From the NCBI RefSeq assembly GCF_964355755.1, contig NC_092671.1:14508001-14572000 (forward strand): a DNA stretch of 64,000 nucleotides, written 5' to 3'. Under the pieces are notes generated by a model. It saw only the letters and a list, made by a program, of their open reading frames with translations. It was not told the origin of the DNA and ran no database searches. The stretch is from Antedon mediterranea (lineage: Eukaryota; Animalia; Echinodermata). Both the position numbers and the translations under genes were made by a program. Shown one piece after another: positions 13,520-29,290 of this stretch (its first letter is position 1; every line of letters begins with the position of its first letter).

Positions 13520-16500
13520 TCAAAATGGAGGAACGTATCGTTTACATGTATACACTTCAGTTGTGTTATAGCAAACATCACACTCAACTTTACAACACCA
13601 AATAAAATTACATCTGCACATTGTTTCGACTTCTTCTGTTTTGGTGTCGTAGCCTCTACCGCAGCATAAACTGTCACAATTCTCGTCCTTCTGACACCGA
13701 CGTCCACCAGTACCTGGTGAATGAGCTGTCGGCTTACAGTAGTCTGGCGATTGATCTCTGTAAACCATTTCTGTTGAAAGTGGTTTACGAGGTGACATTT
13801 CTTTTAACAAGAGTCCCGGACGGGCTCCATTACCAAGTCGAACTTTTTGTGCGCTTTCATACTTTTGTTGAATTAATCTGGAAATGTTTTGAAAGGGAGC
13901 AAGTTGTTTCCAACATGTTTTAGTTGAGCACGTTGCTGAAATTCCGTGACATTTACAAGTCTTTTTCATTCCTTTCTTTACAAGCTATAAATGTAAAAAT
14001 AAAACAGCAAAATTATGCACAGTGTAGATATTTTTGACAGCAATAACATTTTATAAACAAAAAACGATGTGTTGGCCTACATGACTGATAATACAGTATT
14101 ATTTCCCATCTTATTCTACCATAGCAGATTTGGGGTTTTCTACCTTTTCAGAAAATGAAGCCTACACATTAGGCCGCATAGATGATTATCTTCCTTTTAT
14201 GTTGAATTTAATATTTAATACCTAATTTAATCAGTAAATAACGAGGTAATCAGAATACTTTTTTCAAAACTTCCATTATTATATTATATTTTTCTTATTA
14301 TTTTACACAATTTTACAAAAAGTGTACATACATTGTTACAGCATTTGTGACCTATCGATACATAATATCAAACTTCAAATACACTGTACGCCTACACTTT
14401 TTGATTTGTTTGTTCTGAGTTGTAAAGTAGTCCTAATTCCATTGACTGTGTTTGCCAATTATTGCTATGTTTATTTGCTTTGTATTTCTCACAATGATTC
14501 TAACCGAACTTTGATAATAAATTATGGGAGAGAATAATAGTTGTAAATTCTTTTCTTCCGTTACCTGTAAATTCGAATAACTTACAAACAAAATAAATGT
14601 AAACAAAATATGTAAATACATTATTTATGTAGCACTAATACTAATAGTAAAAAAAAACTAAAATCAGACAAATAGTTCCATAGAGAAATCAGGTCACCTG
14701 GAGATTAGGCAAAGAGCCATTTAATCGTACCCAGACAATAATTAACCCTTTGCACTGTATATGTAGACTAAATTGAACAAGGGCAGTAGCGTAATCTGCA
14801 ATTGTTGAAATATATGTATTATTGTATTATTGTAACAAGAAATACACGTTGGGTTCAAGTCTACAACCATGGTACGAAGAGAAACAAATTACGCGCACGC
14901 GTGGAAATAGTCGTTTAGTCATTTTGACACACACGATTCAAGTGTCTTGGTGGTGTAGGGAGGAGTTCGATAATAAATGTTTTCATTCATTGGTATGGGA
15001 ATGTTACCACAACTCAATTGGAATTGCAGCAGTGAGGCCTACTCTTACATGAGATTTGCAGACAAATCAATTTTCGATAAAAAATAAACATAGCCAAATA
15101 TAGCAATTTAAAATTATGATATTGCAGATTTATGATATCACGAGATATGTTTACGTTGAGCCAATCTTTTAACATCGGCTGAGGAGACATGAAAGTACAG
15201 TATTGACAAGCTTAGTGACATATATCGCAATGCAATAAGGAAATTAATAAGTACAACGACAACCGCAGAGCAAAATGACCTTTATGGAGCATTATGTTCA
15301 TATAATTATAAGGCAACCAAACAAACGAAGAGTGGGATTTAAAACTTGAAATGTATGAATCTGGACGATGACAAAATGTAATACTCTAATTGATTGATAA
15401 CATTATATTAAGAGGAACCGCCGAGGGAGAAAAGCAGTAAAGCATAAAAGCCATCATCAAGAATTATTGCTTTTGTTTTTATTAGGCACATTTTTTATCA
15501 AGACCCGATTACACAATCGGTAAGGGTCCACTTCTTTTGAAAACGGTCATTAAATCAACTTTAATAAAACAAATATTTCAATTAATACTGTATTAAATAA
15601 TGGAGATAATTTAAAGCAAAGGTAAATAAGATTTGTTGATTCTATTCTATAGGCCTAGTTACAGTGAGTGTGTAAGCAGGGCTTCCACCACAGTAATAAA
15701 ACACTATTGTTAATAATCACACTTACCAGTACTCCTAAATCACTGTTATGTCTATCTAGTTTTTCTGTTGCATCGTTTCTATTATTTTTCAAAAATTCTC
15801 GTACAAATTTTTGACTATATTTCATATTGTCTCCACAGCCTCCCCATCTCCAGGTTTCCCGATTTTTATCAACATCAAACGTGGTTTCATCGCATGAACA
15901 CCGCAGTAGATGATTTCGGCTACATGCCCTAGCTATAGCATGGGATAGGCCTGCAGATGACACTGCATATAGGAATGATCCTTCTTTAAACCCTGTAAAT
16001 AAATAGAAAGATGATAGTACAAAAGTCGTGAGATACAGCACCACCTTTAAAGACATACAACAATCAGTCTGTACTCAAGATTACGCGTGAAGAACTCATG
16101 GTGTATTCTTAATATTTTAAAGACATACAACAATCAGTCTGTACTTAAGATTACGCGTGAAGAACTCATGGTGTATTCTTAATATTTTAAAGACATACAA
16201 CAATCAGTCTGTACTTAAGATTACGCGTGAAGAACTCATGGTGTATTCTTAATATTTTAAAGACATACAACAATCAGTCTGTACTCAAGATTACGCGTGA
16301 AGAACTCATGGTGTATTCTTAATATTTTAAAGACATACAACAATCAGTCTGTACTCAAGATTACGCGTGAAGAACTCATGGTGTATTTCTTAATATTTTA
16401 CAACTGTAGAAAAGCTTTAATACAGTATTGAATTTTCCTTAAAGGAAATTATACGTGTTTTTTAATAATTGAATAATGCAGAATTAATGACTTATGACAT

Positions 16501-19500
16501 GAGTTTCAATAAGAATATACACATACGTAACGTATAGGCTTAAATAGACCCATCCAAGATTGATAACTGTAACATGCTGAGTAATAATTAAGTGTTAATA
16601 AATTGAATATACCAAGTTGATAGAGGAACACTTAATATATGAGATATAAACAATTTCTATACAAATTTCATTTCGATGAATTATTATTCTAATATTTTTT
16701 ACTATTAAAAATACCGGTAGTTATTAATTTTTAATAAATGCAAAGTAGGCTAAATTTAAATACATTAGCGATAAAGGATTAACATTATTATTTTAATATT
16801 TAAAAAAAAAAGGACTTATATAATTTATTATCCGAGGTCATTCTGTAAATAATATTTTTTGCAGTGTGGCAGTGCGTAAAATTATTACAGGACTTTTTTT
16901 TTATAATAAATACAAAATAATACACTAACATGATTATCACACAAAAATACATATTTAAAAACCACATTCGCGTATAGTACCGTATAACAAATGTGTTTCC
17001 ATGTAATGAGATATTGATAGTTTTAGGCCATAACGTAAACTATATTAATTAAGGTTAAAGGACACGCCAACGGGTGGAAACCAGACTGGTAAAAAGTCCA
17101 TGGAGAAGTCTTGATTGAAATACGTGGAGCAGCTAACGTTGTTGGCTAAAATTATATACAGTATAAGTTTCGTTAGGAAACGAGTAATTAGTGTCAAGTA
17201 ATAGCTAGAGCCGTCCGTCTTGTGTGTGACATAGCATATCAAGTGAATGATTATTTTACATAAAATTGAGGGACTTGGAACATCGATGTTGTTGTTGACA
17301 TGGTAGAGTGAACCCCTGGTAATATGTCTGTCTAAAAAATTCATGACTCCATTATTTGAATTAGAAGATTAACGATTACGTGATAGAATGGGTGCCTGAA
17401 ATATGTATCACGCCCATAATTTGAGATATTTGGCTAGCATTAAGATCCTCAGATCGTGCAAATACACGCGTTTAATCACCAAGACGCGACGAATGACATT
17501 GAATGTTCAATTCGGATACCGGGGATGTGGTAAAATGTATTTATTTTTATTTATTCAATTTCTGCAATATACAATACAAAGAAAAAGACAAAATGAAATT
17601 TATAAGAGAGAAGTGCGCCCGTTAGCACTACTTTATATGCCAAAAATGAAATTCCACCATATTTATACCAATGGTTATTCAATTTTCTATGTATTTTTTA
17701 ATATATTCGAAAAACAACAAAAGCATTTTTAACTGCTGGTCAGCTGAAACACGTTTCTGTCGTCGTTGGCCATACACTTTGAGTTACACATGCTAATTCA
17801 GTAGTTCCTTGGTAAGGCAGTTCCCACCAGCCGGCTTTATTTAACTTATTATGGTAAAGATCTCAAACGATAAGCGTAACACTTGCAATATAGACTTTCA
17901 CACTTTGTAATAACATATTTAAATTAGCACCAACTTGATAATTCAAAAAAATCTCGCTGTTTTTATTCGTTAGAGGCTCATACTGTGGTGTTATCTATAT
18001 AATAATGTATACATCTTATCTAACCAACTAAATATAATAATTATTATACTGTACTCATTTTTAAGAATAACAGTGCACACGAACTGATTAATTTAGTCCT
18101 AACGTTGTTCAGAAAAAAATCCCAAACTAATATTATACTTTCCACCTAACTATCAATTGTTTTTAAATGACTTTTTATACTAAACAAACAAATTGGAAAT
18201 ACGTATTCGTTTTTTCCTCTTGTGCACGTTGTTTAGTCGCTATGAAAGCAGTGTAAAAACAATTAAGGCAAAGTAAAGGAGACCCAGCCTTCGGACTTTC
18301 GTTTTACAGTTTTTTTTAAGTGTCAAAGTAAATATCATCTCAATTAATTTGTATACAGAAGACAGGCGACTATGACATCTAGTTTTATCAAAACATAAAT
18401 CGTGTTCTTCATTAAAAACTTATCTCCTTAATTAATATTTCCTTAATCGGTTAGACTTATTAGCTAGGAAGTATATTCTTATTCTTTAAAATGTGACTGA
18501 TACACTGTTCTTTTAGCAACAAATGCATTATAAGAGAGAGACACGGTTGTTAATAAGATATACCTCTAGCATTAGAGATTCATCCTCGCCTACTTCGACC
18601 CCCCATGCTCACTCATTCGTATAGCGTATACTCATCCTTGCCTAACTCTTCTATTTGCAACCTCCTCTTAAACAACTGAGTGCCTACACTCGCCTACTTC
18701 TCCATTTGTAACTCCTTCTCTCCAACTCATTCGTAGAGTCTCCTTATCCTCACCTGACTCTTATCTTTGCAACTCTATCTCTCAAAACCCTGGGTGCCTC
18801 ACTCGCCTACTCCTCCTTTTTAAATCCCTCTCAAACTTCATTCATAGCGTGTTGATGTTCACCTTATCAAACCTTTGTCAATTATCATTCCTAGACAAAG
18901 TCAATTTAATAACGTAACTAAATCAATAGTTAACCAAATGTTTCAACACTCAACAAAAGTTTTGTAAGTGCATGGCACTAGGCATATTTGTCGTTATGGT
19001 ACCCACAGCCAGACTGAAACGGAACTGCAAACAATAGTACTGACAGATATAAAACACTGCCTATAATGAAATAGTTAACAATTACACGAGACAAATTGGC
19101 CAGATGTGTGCAAAACAACTGATGTAAATAAGAATGTTCATTTGGGAGAATGGGGAAATCTGACAAATAATAATATTTGTATGACGCCACAGTTTAGTTA
19201 ATAATTATACGAGACAAATTTACAACAAACATTTTGCTTTGGAATATTTTGTTTTTAATGTGGGATATCATCAACAGGTATGTATAGCGAACACCCAGTA
19301 AGATATAGTACACATAGTACAACTGTTAATGTTTTCACCAGGAGGGAATATGTACATGAATTGACTTTGATGTATGATATTTCCTAAGATTTTACGACAC
19401 CCTGTAATTATTTTTAGTTGCTGTTCAATGATTAGATCAATCGAGTGCTCATAGGACATTTGATGAAAGCTACACTTTGCACACATTAAACGAAACAACG

Positions 19501-22500
19501 TTACTATAACGAGAACGTGAATTTGGCAATTTTAATCACCAGCGTAGACTTATACTAACTATAGAGAACCATCGAAGGCTTGAAAAAAACGAAATGGTCT
19601 ATTATCCAAAGGCATTCTGTTTCATATTTGATATTACAGGTAGGTGCCCTTAAAAAAGTTTGGTTTTCCCGATACACTCAGTATATTGATTGTGAATCGG
19701 AAAGTTATACGGAAAAAGGCATTTAACATGCAAACAAAATTAATATTCTCTTATTTTCAACTATAAATTATACGCATAAATAATGTGTTTATTTGTTGAC
19801 GGACTAAAGGAGCACTTTCGACCAATAAGATTAGTCCGGTTGAAATGGACAGTGAACATGCGTCGTAAGATTCTGTAAAATGTTTGCCAACACAATATAA
19901 ATGATGGTCTGTGGTTTATAGCCTCGTAGACAATCTATTGTAAAGTGAGTAGTCAGAAGGTAGTAAAGACCGAGTAAAACACTCTTAGCAAATCAAAAGT
20001 GGATCATCCTGTTGTATTCATTTTAAATACACTTAAATACACTTAGCTAATTAAACCACGAATCTCAAAAAACACTTTTAATACAAATCTGTCATTTTTG
20101 AGGAGGTGTAAAGTAACAAGAAGGATATGAATGATGGTGATAACATCGTTCCTTTGTGGGTCAAGTGTTTTTATCTTATGCCAATTACTAATAAGTCTTT
20201 TTAGTATGATTATTTTTTTTATATATAAAAAAACTCATAATTATGCACGTACAATTCTGGTAATTGTTATATAATAAATCAAATAATCAAATACTACAGG
20301 TATAGCTTTTTATCATTTCTAGAAGGATTATAAAAAAATGATAAATCAGGGGTCAAGCATTTATAATATCTTAATCACTTAATGCTATATCATTGCTAAT
20401 TTTGTATTAGGTATTTCACAATAAAATTAACATATTTCTGTGACAATAAAACTGTCGAAATTTTTGTTCTGAAGTCGTTACCTTTATTGATGGTTATACG
20501 ATATGTATTCAATGAATATTAGTATAAGTTACATTAATTCTGCTCATGTATAGGCCTGTGATAAATTATTGATTGTCTGCATATTAACGGAAATTAATTG
20601 GTAAGTAACAACGAATTTCGACCACATCACAACCGAGGTGGTGCGATATTTGTGTACTAAACATTTCAGATTTAGACATGTTTCAGGGCGTTAAATGCTG
20701 TTAAATTGCACAATCACATCCAGTCAACACTAATAAGTAAATACTCATACAAAATTACTTGAATTAAGTATTGGCGAGTATCGAAATATCCGTTCTTTAA
20801 AAAAACGAAATTAATTTATAGTAATAATGGGCGTATCTCATGGAGCAATATTAAAAAAAACATAATTAATACAGGCTATGCTAAAGTCGTTAAAATCACG
20901 TCAAACACATTATGACAAGTAATAATTGGCGGACGAATCACACATGCGTGTTTAAAATAGATAAATCTATGATAAATAGATTCAAATAGGCTTGTTACAG
21001 ATCCTGTCAGAAACTCAACTATCAAAGGAGGGACACACATCTACAAACAACTAAAACGGCGACGGATCATCTCTTGATATAACAGGAAAATACATCTTTA
21101 CAAACTTATCTAAGCGGGGACATTTGCATGGTTTCAATATTGGGTTGATGAACATCTTACTTGACAACTAATCGGATGTATCAAGGAATGAACCTTATAT
21201 CATCCTGTCCAACTACAGGCAGGGGGCGATTAAATGTCTCCTACAAGTGTATGTCTTTCAGAGTAAAGACTTAATTCCGATTGCGTTTCCGATTATCATT
21301 TGGTGTTTGCAAACAGGAGGCTATATGATTGTTATTTGCAACAACCGGTTAAATTTGGCACCGATGTCAATTAGTGAGTTAGAAATAACTGTTTATTTAA
21401 TTTTGTATATTTAATACAACGCCATAATTCATTATGCGAATGTTATTCTCCCATGCAGAGAGGGGGAGGGGTACTAAGCGGATGAGGGGAGGGGAAATCT
21501 GACTAAAGTGTGTAGTGCCCCGAAACCAACAATATCTACCGTGATATACGTCACGTGCTCCATGTATGGTCTGCAGTATCACCATGCGTATCGATTGGGG
21601 ACAGAGTAGTTATTATATATATATATATATTAGATATTAAGTCTGTCATAATTTGCAAAAATTTAAGAAGTTTCACTAGAGTAAATGCATTATTAAACTG
21701 ACACAACAGTTTGACAGCTGTCGCAAACGTCAATGATAAATAGGAGATATTGCTGCTACGTCGTATTATTGTTTATAAATGCACTCATTTCAGATTTGCC
21801 GATTAAAGGTCAAATAAAATCGAATAAAAACTATTGGATAACAATCAATTACAAACATTGTTTGTTTGGATAAAATGTTATGCTTTCCTGAAATTATGAC
21901 CACAATGGCAATTGTCAATCAAACAACAGATAGCCTATAAAGCTGCATTCACATTTGCCGTTAAAGTCTTCAAGGTTCCATTATTTAACAAACGTTGCCG
22001 TCATCCGTTCCGTGAAAATTTAGAACAAATACGAATGAAGCTTTAATTTAACATTTATTTCAAAATATATATAGGCTTATCCTGTAGTCGGATTTAATTG
22101 TATTATGTTTCAATAAAGTCGGCCCCATTCAGTGATATGAAAATAATAAAGGAACAACGTTTTACAATCATGGTGCCAAAATCAATATTGTGGCATGTTT
22201 ATTATGTAGCCTTTGATCTGTAATTAGGCAGCTAGAAGATAAGACATTGATAAAAATAAAAATTCACAGACTAATATTCTGTATACCTCAACAGATTAGA
22301 TTAGAAGAATTAATGACTATTATGACGTCGTTGTACGGTACCGTATGTAATATTGAACGTATAATATACATATTCCGCCGTGATATAAAAATGGAAATCT
22401 AGGCGTATATCACAGGTTTATTCATTTTCTCTATAATTTAAGTAACGCAGGAAGAAACAGAGACCCGAACACACAAAAGACGTCCAGTACCATTGGTGTG

Positions 22501-25500
22501 TTAGTGGTACCGGTGTTTGCTGACAAAGTATATACTATATCAGTATGTGAATGATCATTAAACAACGGAACGTTTAAAACAGTCTGTTCATCTATTCTAA
22601 AATGGCTTTTACAGAAAATACTGGTATGGGATTGAAAGGTTATAACGTGCCAGATGATTTATATTTGCATTTGAACTACTACAGAATAAATGTATATTAT
22701 GCTTTAATAACAAATATAGGCCTAATAGAATTAATGATATCAATTCAGCCATGTTACAGGCGTCTATCTTAACAGTCATCTTTTGGCAGGAAAGTTTAAT
22801 TTCATCATTCCTGGTCACCTCCCTGTTTCGCAACAGGATCGGCCACTTTTCCGTATACCTTGCCAACATCTGGCAAACCTTCAACGATTCCCCATTTACA
22901 AAATGTAAGTTCTAATGCAATGATATACTCAATCAGAGTCATGGTACTGCTATGTTACAGGCGCCTATCGTATTTATTTCATATCATCACATTATTTGTG
23001 GGGGAGGGGAAGTTTAATTTCCCAAACATCGCATCATTTCCCTTCGTTGTAACCTCCTTGTTGACTGACTTGTCCTCATCTTGATTCGCAGAAAATGGTT
23101 GTAGTGCTTAAACATGTATTCCTGCTTACCGTATACTTTATAAGGGGAAATGAGGCCCTTAAATAGTGATACAAAGCAGAAGCACGAATATTACAAGTAA
23201 CGATTGAATGAAACGTTAAAAAAGGATGTCACGTCTAACGGTGAAAATAAACATGCATATATTAAAAAAAACATGTTATCGTCATTTTAACAGTTAATAT
23301 CCAGGCTGTATTAAGATTCACCAAGTGTATAATTGTTGAATAGATACAAATGGATACAAATAGATACAAATAATATTCAGTGGAATGAGACTGACGCTCA
23401 TGCATCTGGAATCCTAAATAGCATTAAACAATATTGCTTTGTTTTAAAGTTAAGTCTGTATAACCCTTATTCATTACATAACTTACATAACCAAATTTAA
23501 GAAGTGGAAGGTCTAACATGAAACTCCGGCAGAAACAGGTCCATATGAAACATTATTTTATATATTGTTTAATTGCCGAATATAGGAATATTTTAATATT
23601 TAGCGGAATAGTGTCGATCTGGAATCCTACAAAGCTTTATAAAATATTGTTTTTGTTTTAAATATCAATTATGAATATTATTTGTCGATAAAATTTATAA
23701 ATCTATAATACCTATATTCAATAAATAACTCCGGATTTAAGAAGTGGAATGTCTAACATGAAACTCCTACTATATGAAACATTTATTGTACGTATAATAT
23801 ATCGATATTTGTATTTCAATCGTTCAATGCTAACATCTGCTTTCGTTTATCAATCTTTCCTGTGTTTGGTTTATTTTCATAACGACTTTTACCTTTGAAA
23901 CAACTTACATCAGATTCGTTTATATGTTACATGACATGATAATATAATATGTTATATTGTCATTTTGTATTGATTCAGCTACTAGACTCTATGATCGTTC
24001 TGTCTTAATTCAAATCAAACACCCGACACAAAACAAAATGAGTACACGAAGGAGAAAACCATAATTAGGCCAAATCAAAAAAGAAATTGTCACGTAATTT
24101 TATTTTTTCATGGAGGACATTTAGTACTATTCAGCTATTGTGATATACTAACATAAGAATGATAGTGTAAAATGACCAAGCACCACAAAACGCTCGACGA
24201 TTACGCAATACGGTAAATTGAATTATTTATTATCTTTCAATTTTTAATGAATACGACAATTTTAGATAAAATATAAAAAAAAAATTAATGCGGTTCCAAC
24301 AAATGGAAATTTTAGCCTTAAAAAATAAAATAATATTTACTTACTATTTTTCAACAAATTTTTCTTATAGGATGAGTTACTAAGATCACAATTCCATCGT
24401 TCATTATGGAACTCATATAAGCAAGATCTATTGCTAATATCGATAGCCTCCTTTAAGACGTCGATCATACCTTCGTCTCGCCGACACATACTTCGTTGTT
24501 TGCCGTTAAGTCCAAGGAATTTACAATTGTTTTTGTCCAAACTTATTCGTCTGTTCGATAAAATCCTAGAATAAAGAAAGGATTTTAAGAAATAGAAATC
24601 TGGGATTGCATTATTTCCTAGCATTAAAAACATTAATATTAGTAATTAGCGATTGGTCTGTTTAACAGCAGAGCCAAATGTAACATTGCTTAATATGCAA
24701 TCGTATACGTAAACGGATCAACCCACCCGCCTCCTAAATTCAAGAATCACAATTCCATGCATGGTACTTACAGACTCTATATTCAGAAATTGTATATTGT
24801 ACTAAAGTGTACTGTCTACATGACAATAGTATGAGAGATTAATAGTAAAAAAATAAATATTTTGGCACACATGGCGTTTCGTACTGTATGTATAATAATA
24901 CTTATAAAATACTAATAAAAGCTCGAAATTTATTTCCAGACACAAATCGCAACGTTGACTGGTGGACTAACAAAAAGGACAATCAATGCAGACTCGGGGC
25001 AAGAGTTTAGTGTACAGTATTAGCCATGGGTATCTTGTAGAAACCGTGACAGAATAGGCTAGGCCTATTACGTTATTTAAAAAAACGTGCGCATAAACCA
25101 CAAAGCACAATCTGTGTGATCTGTAGGCCTATATTGCACTTACTAAAAACCAAATATAAAAGCTTACGTATACACATAAAATAAATCACTATAATAACAA
25201 TATCAGATTGTATAACTTGTTTATCGAATTATGTCGGCAACACTTAGATGTTTAGTAATGTTTTCATAACAGACAGAGAAGTTGACCTAGCAATATGATC
25301 GTATCGCTAATGTTATGACTATAAAACGCAACAAGTTTTCGTAAACAATGAAATGGGAAAGACATTTTGATGTAAATTGGTCGAAAATAAGTGAGTTGAA
25401 AGTGATGGCGTAATCTTCCTGACAAATAAGAAAGACTATACAGAACACAATAAGGACTAGTTCACACCAAATAACGTTTGCGTCAATGGTTGCTATTTAT

Positions 25501-28500
25501 AAATGCGTGGACACTCATTTCGTGTCTGAACTATCCCGTTAACTTGTATTGAGCTGATACTTAATGTAGGCCAGCGAACCACATTGGTTTCTTTTATACT
25601 CAGTCCTGATTCGGATATCTTCAGACGTATCACGTCCTTCCAGACAGCACAGAAATAACGTGTGCACAGCCATACAATTCTCTCATGTACGATAATCAGT
25701 TCACCTTAATTTTTATATGTGTTGAAATAAGAACAATCCTTATTCTTAATTATACAGTTTCCTTTGAGATATTATACCATAATTAGTTGAGACCTGGGAG
25801 AAAAGTGTTATTTAATGGATGACTTGGTAAAGAAAAACAATCAATTACTAAGTATAATGGACAATGACAATGTTTGGATAGTGTTAAATCTTGTATCATA
25901 TCGTACTTAAATGTCAGCATGCTTCTAAAACAAAAACGTCGAAAAAACATATATGAGGGAAACACGTCTTACAAGGCTATGATTTAAACCACATATCAAT
26001 TAAGCATGATATTATACCAAGCTAATAGTGTCAATATTTCGGTAATATAGTGTATTAAACACAGTCAATCATGAATATCCTTTTTGGTCATAATATACGT
26101 TTTTTAGTTCCATTATATCTGTAATAGTTTGTTCAAGACAGGACGCTATTAAGATTGATACAATCTAGATTAGCCCAAATACACATCTCGTCAACACGAA
26201 CTGGAGCTGCACACCCGTTAGATTCAGAAAACTTTATTACATTTTGACGTGAACAAAATTACAATTTAATAAGTACAGTGTTCCATATTCTGAAGTCTAC
26301 CTGATGGATACACAATACACTTTTCAAGATAACATGCATCTCGACACTCGTAAAGGGTGAATAGCCTACATTTTATAAATAATGTACTGCGCGATTCCTT
26401 TGAAGTTTGAAGATGATTTTGGATAGGCATAATCTAGGCCACAAAGTTGACAAAAAGTAGGCCTCAGCATTGAATTTGTTCTTGGTGGGGTGGAACCATA
26501 AACGCGATATATAGGCTACAAGACAAATGTGCAGTAGTCAGATAATACAATGTACTGTACTATATGCGAAACTTGCCATATTTAATAATAAAAATTAAAA
26601 CAACTGATGAGAGTAATCTAACAGCTCTCAATAGGAGGTGGTCACCTCAAGTTTATACACAAAGCGTCAAAAATAAAAATGGACTGGAATTGCTGTGAAA
26701 ACTACTTCAGACGAAAAGGAGTTAAAAACTAACCAGTTAAGTGTTCTTTTAAGTTTGGTTTCCACTAGCGACGCAACGCAAGGACGTAACGCAACGCAAG
26801 TGAATTGACCAATCACAAGCGATGGCTTATTCGCTTGTGATTGCTAACTGTCTATAACTTCGCTTGTCATTGGTTAAAACGCTTGCGTTGCGTTTACGTC
26901 CTTGCGTTACGTTCTAGTGGGAACCAAGCTTCAATGAGTATCTACCGTTGTTTTCCATATTTATGTACCTTGTTATAGAAAGGGAATCCCCTCAAAAATA
27001 AGTTTAGTAAAGATCAAGTCAGATGTGGTTCATAATATGAGATAAAACAGAGGTATTTGACAGATACAAGTCAACTGAAACCAAACCATTCATCAATCAA
27101 AAAAAGCCACCGACAAATCATCTGTCAGTCAGGTTATCAGTAAACCAATCATTGAATCAATCAACCAACGAATCAAATCTACCGATCGACGATTCTCCTA
27201 ATTATTCCACGGAGGGACCGATAAAATATAGACCTACTAAACAATCGATTAATTTATTCAAAATTCTTAGAAATTATTAATTCTATAACCAAACTTAAAT
27301 ATAGGTATGACTTTTCAGCTTCCTGATAATGTCAGCAATTCAAATACACTGATGGACACGTAGTCAACAGGTAGAATCAAATGCTTGTTATAAACATACG
27401 GCATTTATATCCTTTCAAAAATAGGGTAAAAATACAATGCTACTGGTTTATAAGACGTGTATTTTGTCTTTCTCTCTTTCTTTGTTATTTGCCGCACATT
27501 ACACGGAGGAGAACTTAAGAATAACAGGTATATGCTCAAGAGGCCTAATTTGAAACACAACCGTTGATAGTCGTATATACCGTCATTGTTATTAAAAATA
27601 ATCTACATTTCATAATGTCCATGGCCCTTTAACATGGTATTCAAATGTATCATTTCAGAAAAATTAGATAAATAAACATTGACAGTTTGTAAAACTAATT
27701 TCCGGTTTCTTTTCCAACTACCTAACAAAGTTATAAAAATTATTCATAGCCACTGTAGCATCGTTTATGAATTCAAGGATAAAACATAGAACTATGATTT
27801 CTAAAATAAATGATCAATTATACTAGAATATCAAATTCGTCTGTCCATCTGTAACACGTTATATATTATCAGTATTTAGCGAGTTGGAAAAAGGGGGATT
27901 GGTACTGGGGTTACGGGACAGGAATGATTGAACTTTTGATTGGATTAATTTGTTCCATTGAGTACTATTACTAATAATTTCTTTAACAGTGAGAAATATT
28001 TCACAATACTACTAGTGTTTAAATAAATTTTCTATCGACACAATTCTAATATAACTACTGTAATATAAAACTTGATACACAGAAAAAAAGAAACGCAAAA
28101 AAGTTACTAAAATATTTGTAGCCGTTAATCATGAAAATTCTCTCTGTCACAAAATTTCTAAACCTAAACTGGCCTATTTAAAATACCTTCTAACCACTTA
28201 AATTGTTGACGTTGATACGTTGCAGGGTGGCTTCTGATGATACTATCACAAGACAATATAGTGTCGGCATTCGTTCGTTCAAAAGGCACCCAACCGACAC
28301 TTATTATCACCACAAAAATAACATCGTTTGAAATTAATTTAACTTGAATTATTTTGACAACTAATGCTAAATATGCTGCTGTTTTAGCTGAATTATCTTT
28401 TAAAGACTTGCCTAAAGTTCATTCTACATAGTTTGGAGTCTGTATCAATCCGTAAATATTGGCATTTAAATATAAACATCTTGTAGTTCAGTGTCCTATT

Positions 28501-29040
28501 ATATTAATATGATAATTCATATGTCAAGCTGTCCTAGTATTCACAATTCAACATTTAGGTTGTATTTACGAATGTTTTAAGCACGTGGAACATGTAACAC
28601 ACACTTTATTATATAGGCTAAGGGAAACACCCGTATAATTCTACAATTCTCCCAGCTAAATGAATATCAATACTTATATTTATTGACTTAGGCCTAAGTA
28701 AAACATATAGCCTTATACTTTTAGGGAAATCTGTGATATTATGTAATTGGAAGACGTATACATTATGTTTACATATCGTATTTTATATAATTATGTCTAC
28801 AACATAATACAAGTACATTTATATCGAAAGAGTGCTCATTTACACACGATATAATATGTTTGTATTTCCTAACATAACATTTTCAGCTGAATGTTTATGT
28901 ATACCTATACTTTTCTCACTCGTACTAAAAATACACCTATTAAAAGTCGACAAAATTACTACATACCCAAAGTAGGTTGAGCAGCTGGGCAGTAAACTAA
29001 GGCCAAAAAGAAGCACCATGAATAGGTACCCAAACTTCAT
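13520..29040 (-). CDS. WNT9: Wnt9 protein, 4 exons, ~341 aa
   Basis: Exons 29040-28967 (signal peptide ending YFG), 24565-24345, 15992-15727 and 13984-13520, all GT-AG and in phase (1026 nt). Motifs KQRSMCRRD, ERWNC, FKEGSFLYAVSSAGLSHAIARACS, NRETWRWGGCGDNMKYS, CKCHGISATC, CWKQLAPF, SPGTGGRRC and EVYTCK are closest to recalled WNT9A/B. Confidence 0.93.
16046..16399. repeat. Tandem repeat, 70 bp x 5
   Basis: agacatacaacaatcagtctgtact... recurs at 16051, 16121, 16191, 16261 and 16331; copies are nearly identical. Confidence 0.95.
18580..18850. repeat. Degenerate pyrimidine-rich tandem repeat (~105-110 bp, ~2.5 copies)
   Basis: ctcgcctact recurs at about 18586, 18689 and 18802, with tcattc(g/a)tag and gtgcct sub-motifs. 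Confidence 0.6.
23403..23790. repeat. Diverged local duplication
   Basis: atctggaatccta...atttaagaagtggaa(g/t)gtctaacatgaaactcc occurs twice (~23403-23560 and ~23617-23790). Confidence 0.65.
26751..26931. mobile_element. Palindromic MITE (~180 bp) in Wnt9 intron 1
   Basis: Long TIR aagtttggtttccactag..acgcaaggacgtaacgcaacgcaag pairs with cttgcgttgcgtttacgtccttgcgt..ctagtgggaaccaagctt. Confidence 0.85.
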
Positions 29041-29099
29041 GTTGACGTATTAAACACTTTATGAGAAACATCCTACTTGCAGACCAATAATAGATCCAG

Positions 29100-29290
29100 G
29101 GCGAACCTTTAGAAACTGACGCCCGCACTAAACTGAGCACTTATTCTACTGTTTCCTGACTAAGGCAAAAAGTCGCTTAAGTTCAGAAAGAATCAATCAT
29201 TCATTTCAGGCGCGTTTGTGCTTTGGGTTGCAAAGTCATGATTGGTTGGTTCTTGTCGAAGGCGGGCAGTAGAGACTGCAGACGATTATA
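29100..29290 (-). promoter_or_regulatory. Putative Wnt9 proximal promoter / 5' UTR
   Basis: Locally GC-richer sequence upstream of the ATG, with a CCAAT box (gattgg, ~29240) and a GC-box-like ggcggg (29261). Confidence 0.4.

Noticed and set aside
13621-13923. 100-aa plus-strand ORF
   Set aside because: Antisense shadow of Wnt9 exon 4.
25132-25150. miR-92-like seed TATTGCACTT
   Set aside because: The rest of the mature sequence does not match and I saw no precursor hairpin.
26603-28270. Other CTGATGA sites followed by small stems (~26603, ~28233)
   Set aside because: No GAAA after the stem, so no hammerhead core.
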